Positions 62,629 to 64,000 of a stretch of 64,000 nt of DNA are shown piece by piece. This DNA comes from Kiritimatiellia bacterium. GTDB taxonomy: Bacteria; Verrucomicrobiota; Kiritimatiellia; CAIQIC01; Lenti-01. Each line of letters begins with the position of its first letter. Position 1 is the stretch's first letter. The notes beneath the pieces were generated by a model that ran no database searches, had not been told where the DNA came from, and saw only the letters and a program-made list of their open reading frames with translations. The position numbers and the translations under genes are program-made. Location: the NCBI GenBank assembly GCA_017527155.1, contig JAFXQI010000086.1, positions 5,151-69,150 on the forward strand, in the 5' to 3' direction.

Positions 62629-63588
62629 TCACTTTTTCGCTTTGAAGAGCGTGAAATACTCGGGGGCGTCCGCCTTGCAGACGGCCCACGCCTTGTCGAA
62701 TGCCTCGGTCATCCCGTCCGGCAGCGGCCCGCCCGCGGCGGCGGCGAGGTTCTGCGCGAGGTGCCCGGCCTTGGAGGCTCCGACGATGATGGCGTCCCCG
62801 CGCGCGGCGGAGAGCATGGAGTGGTGGGCGAGCCAGCGGTAGACGGCTTCGACGAGGCCGATGCCGTGCGCGGCGGCGGCTTCCTTGAGAAGCCCGACGG
62901 CGTCAAAGCAACTCTTCTTCCAGTAGCGGTTCCGGTAGCCGGGGCGGTGGGTGAAGCGGCCGTCGTCGGGGGCGTCCTCGAACTTGCCGTAGCGGCCGGT
63001 GAGGAGCCCGCCCGCGAGGGGGTTGTAGGCGCAATACCGCATCCCGAAGCGGTCCAGGCAGGCGTCGAGTTCCGTCTCGGCGCGGCGGGCGAGCGGGTTG
63101 TACATGCCTTCGTACACGGTCGGCTTGACCCAGCCCTCGCGCTCGCAGATGCGCCAGGCGTCGGCGACCATCCACGCGGGGAAGTTGCTCAGGCCGAGCT
63201 CGCGGAACTTGCCCTGGCGGTGCAGGTCGGCCATCGCCTCCAACACCGATTCCACGGGCGTCGCCGGGTCGGGGAAATGCAGGTACACCGTGTCCACCCG
63301 CGCCAGCCCCAGCCGTTCCAGACTCCCGTCCACCTGCAACCGCGCCGCCTCCCCGTCCAGACGCCCCGTGATCCGCGGATTGACCTTCGTCGCGATCTTG
63401 AACGGCCTCCCCAGCCCCGCCAGCGCCTCCCCCAGCAGCCGCTCGCAGTTGCCCTCGTTGTAGACGTACGCCGTGTCCAGCTCGTCGAACCCGGCCTCCA
63501 GAAAGGCCTCCACGAACTTCGCGACGTCGGGTGCGAACACGCTTTCCCCGAACGTCATCGTGCCCAGGACGAGTTTCATTGCCGGCAT
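62629..63588 (-). CDS. Aldo/keto reductase (AKR7/aflatoxin-aldehyde-reductase-like)
   Basis: LGTMTFG, DTAYVY, IATK, YLHFPD, LGLSNF, YNPLAGGLLTG; GGAGG RBS. Confidence 0.92.
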   Translation of the reverse strand: MPAMKLVLGTMTFGESVFAPDVAKFVEAFLEAGFDELDTAYVYNEGNCERLLGEALAGLGRPFKIATKVNPRITGRLDGEAARLQVDGSLERLGLARVDTVYLHFPDPATPVESVLEAMADLHRQGKFRELGLSNFPAWMVADAWRICEREGWVKPTVYEGMYNPLARRAETELDACLDRFGMRYCAYNPLAGGLLTGRYGKFEDAPDDGRFTHRPGYRNRYWKKSCFDAVGLLKEAAAAHGIGLVEAVYRWLAHHSMLSAARGDAIIVGASKAGHLAQNLAAAAGGPLPDGMTEAFDKAWAVCKADAPEYFTLFKAKK

Positions 63589-63666
63589 TGCGCGCCTCCG
63601 GAGTTTTCCAGTTTCCTGTCCCATGCCCGGGCGTCATGCGCCCATTTGGAAATCCATTCCATGTCC

Positions 63667-64000
63667 TCAATCCCCCCGTGAAAGCAAAAACGGCAGAAGC
63701 GGCCGGACCAGGATCCCGTCGTGGTCGGAAACGGGGTCGAGGTCCAGGGTGAGAACGGTCTTGCGGTGGTGGTCGCGGATGGCGCGGAGGGGAGCCAGTT
63801 CGCGGGCGAGGACGGCCGGATCGCGCACCGTCAGGGCGACCTGCCAATAGCTGGGGATGCCGCCGCCGAACGTGACGAAATCGACTTCGCCCGCCGCCAG
63901 CTGCCCGACGTAGACCTCGTCGAAGCGCCGCTTGAGTTCGAGATAGACGATGTTTTCGAGGAGGTGGCCCGCGTCGGCGTCCTTCGCCCCGAGCAAAGCC
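63667..64000 (-). CDS. ATP-binding protein (AAA_14/DUF4143 type), C-terminal part
   Basis: GHLLENIVYLELKRR, EVDFV, YWQVA, RELAPL; runs off window end. Confidence 0.85.
   Translation of the reverse strand, partial: ALLGAKDADAGHLLENIVYLELKRRFDEVYVGQLAAGEVDFVTFGGGIPSYWQVALTVRDPAVLARELAPLRAIRDHHRKTVLTLDLDPVSDHDGILVRPLLPFLLSRGD

Noticed and set aside
1-64000. tRNA, rRNA, integrase or transposase genes
   Set aside because: None recognised by eye; a tRNAscan/Rfam run would be needed to exclude small RNAs

Overview
GC-rich bacterial window, probably from the PVC superphylum (Kiritimatiellae-like; inferred from gene content and surface-protein modules, not proven). Housekeeping blocks: mtnA-aldolase-hpt, an 8-gene Mrp/Mbh-type antiporter, hisF, lpxA-fabZ, potABC, kdsD, a wzx flippase, umuDC and phosphonopyruvate decarboxylase. 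The most striking region is an A/T-richer accessory island at about 19.3-29.7 kb. It encodes a complete, eukaryote-like ubiquitin conjugation pathway: Ubl, E1, membrane-anchored JAB/JAMM peptidase, membrane FHA protein, RING E3 fused to a DUF805-like membrane domain, zinc-ribbon-fused E2 with HPN/Cys, a DnaJ-type zinc-finger membrane protein and a Sel1-repeat lipoprotein. An AbiE toxin-antitoxin pair follows. Three proteins of this operon share the same N-terminal peptide motif (M-x3-K-I-x-V-S-L-[ED]-E). Also present: a 941-aa atypical-kinase effector-like protein, a CesT-type chaperone, a thermonuclease-TPR fusion, two paralogs of an uncharacterised family, several palindromic repeat families and many apparently leaderless genes. 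All calls come from reading motifs by eye; no database search was run, and many start codons were re-assigned relative to the ORF track.
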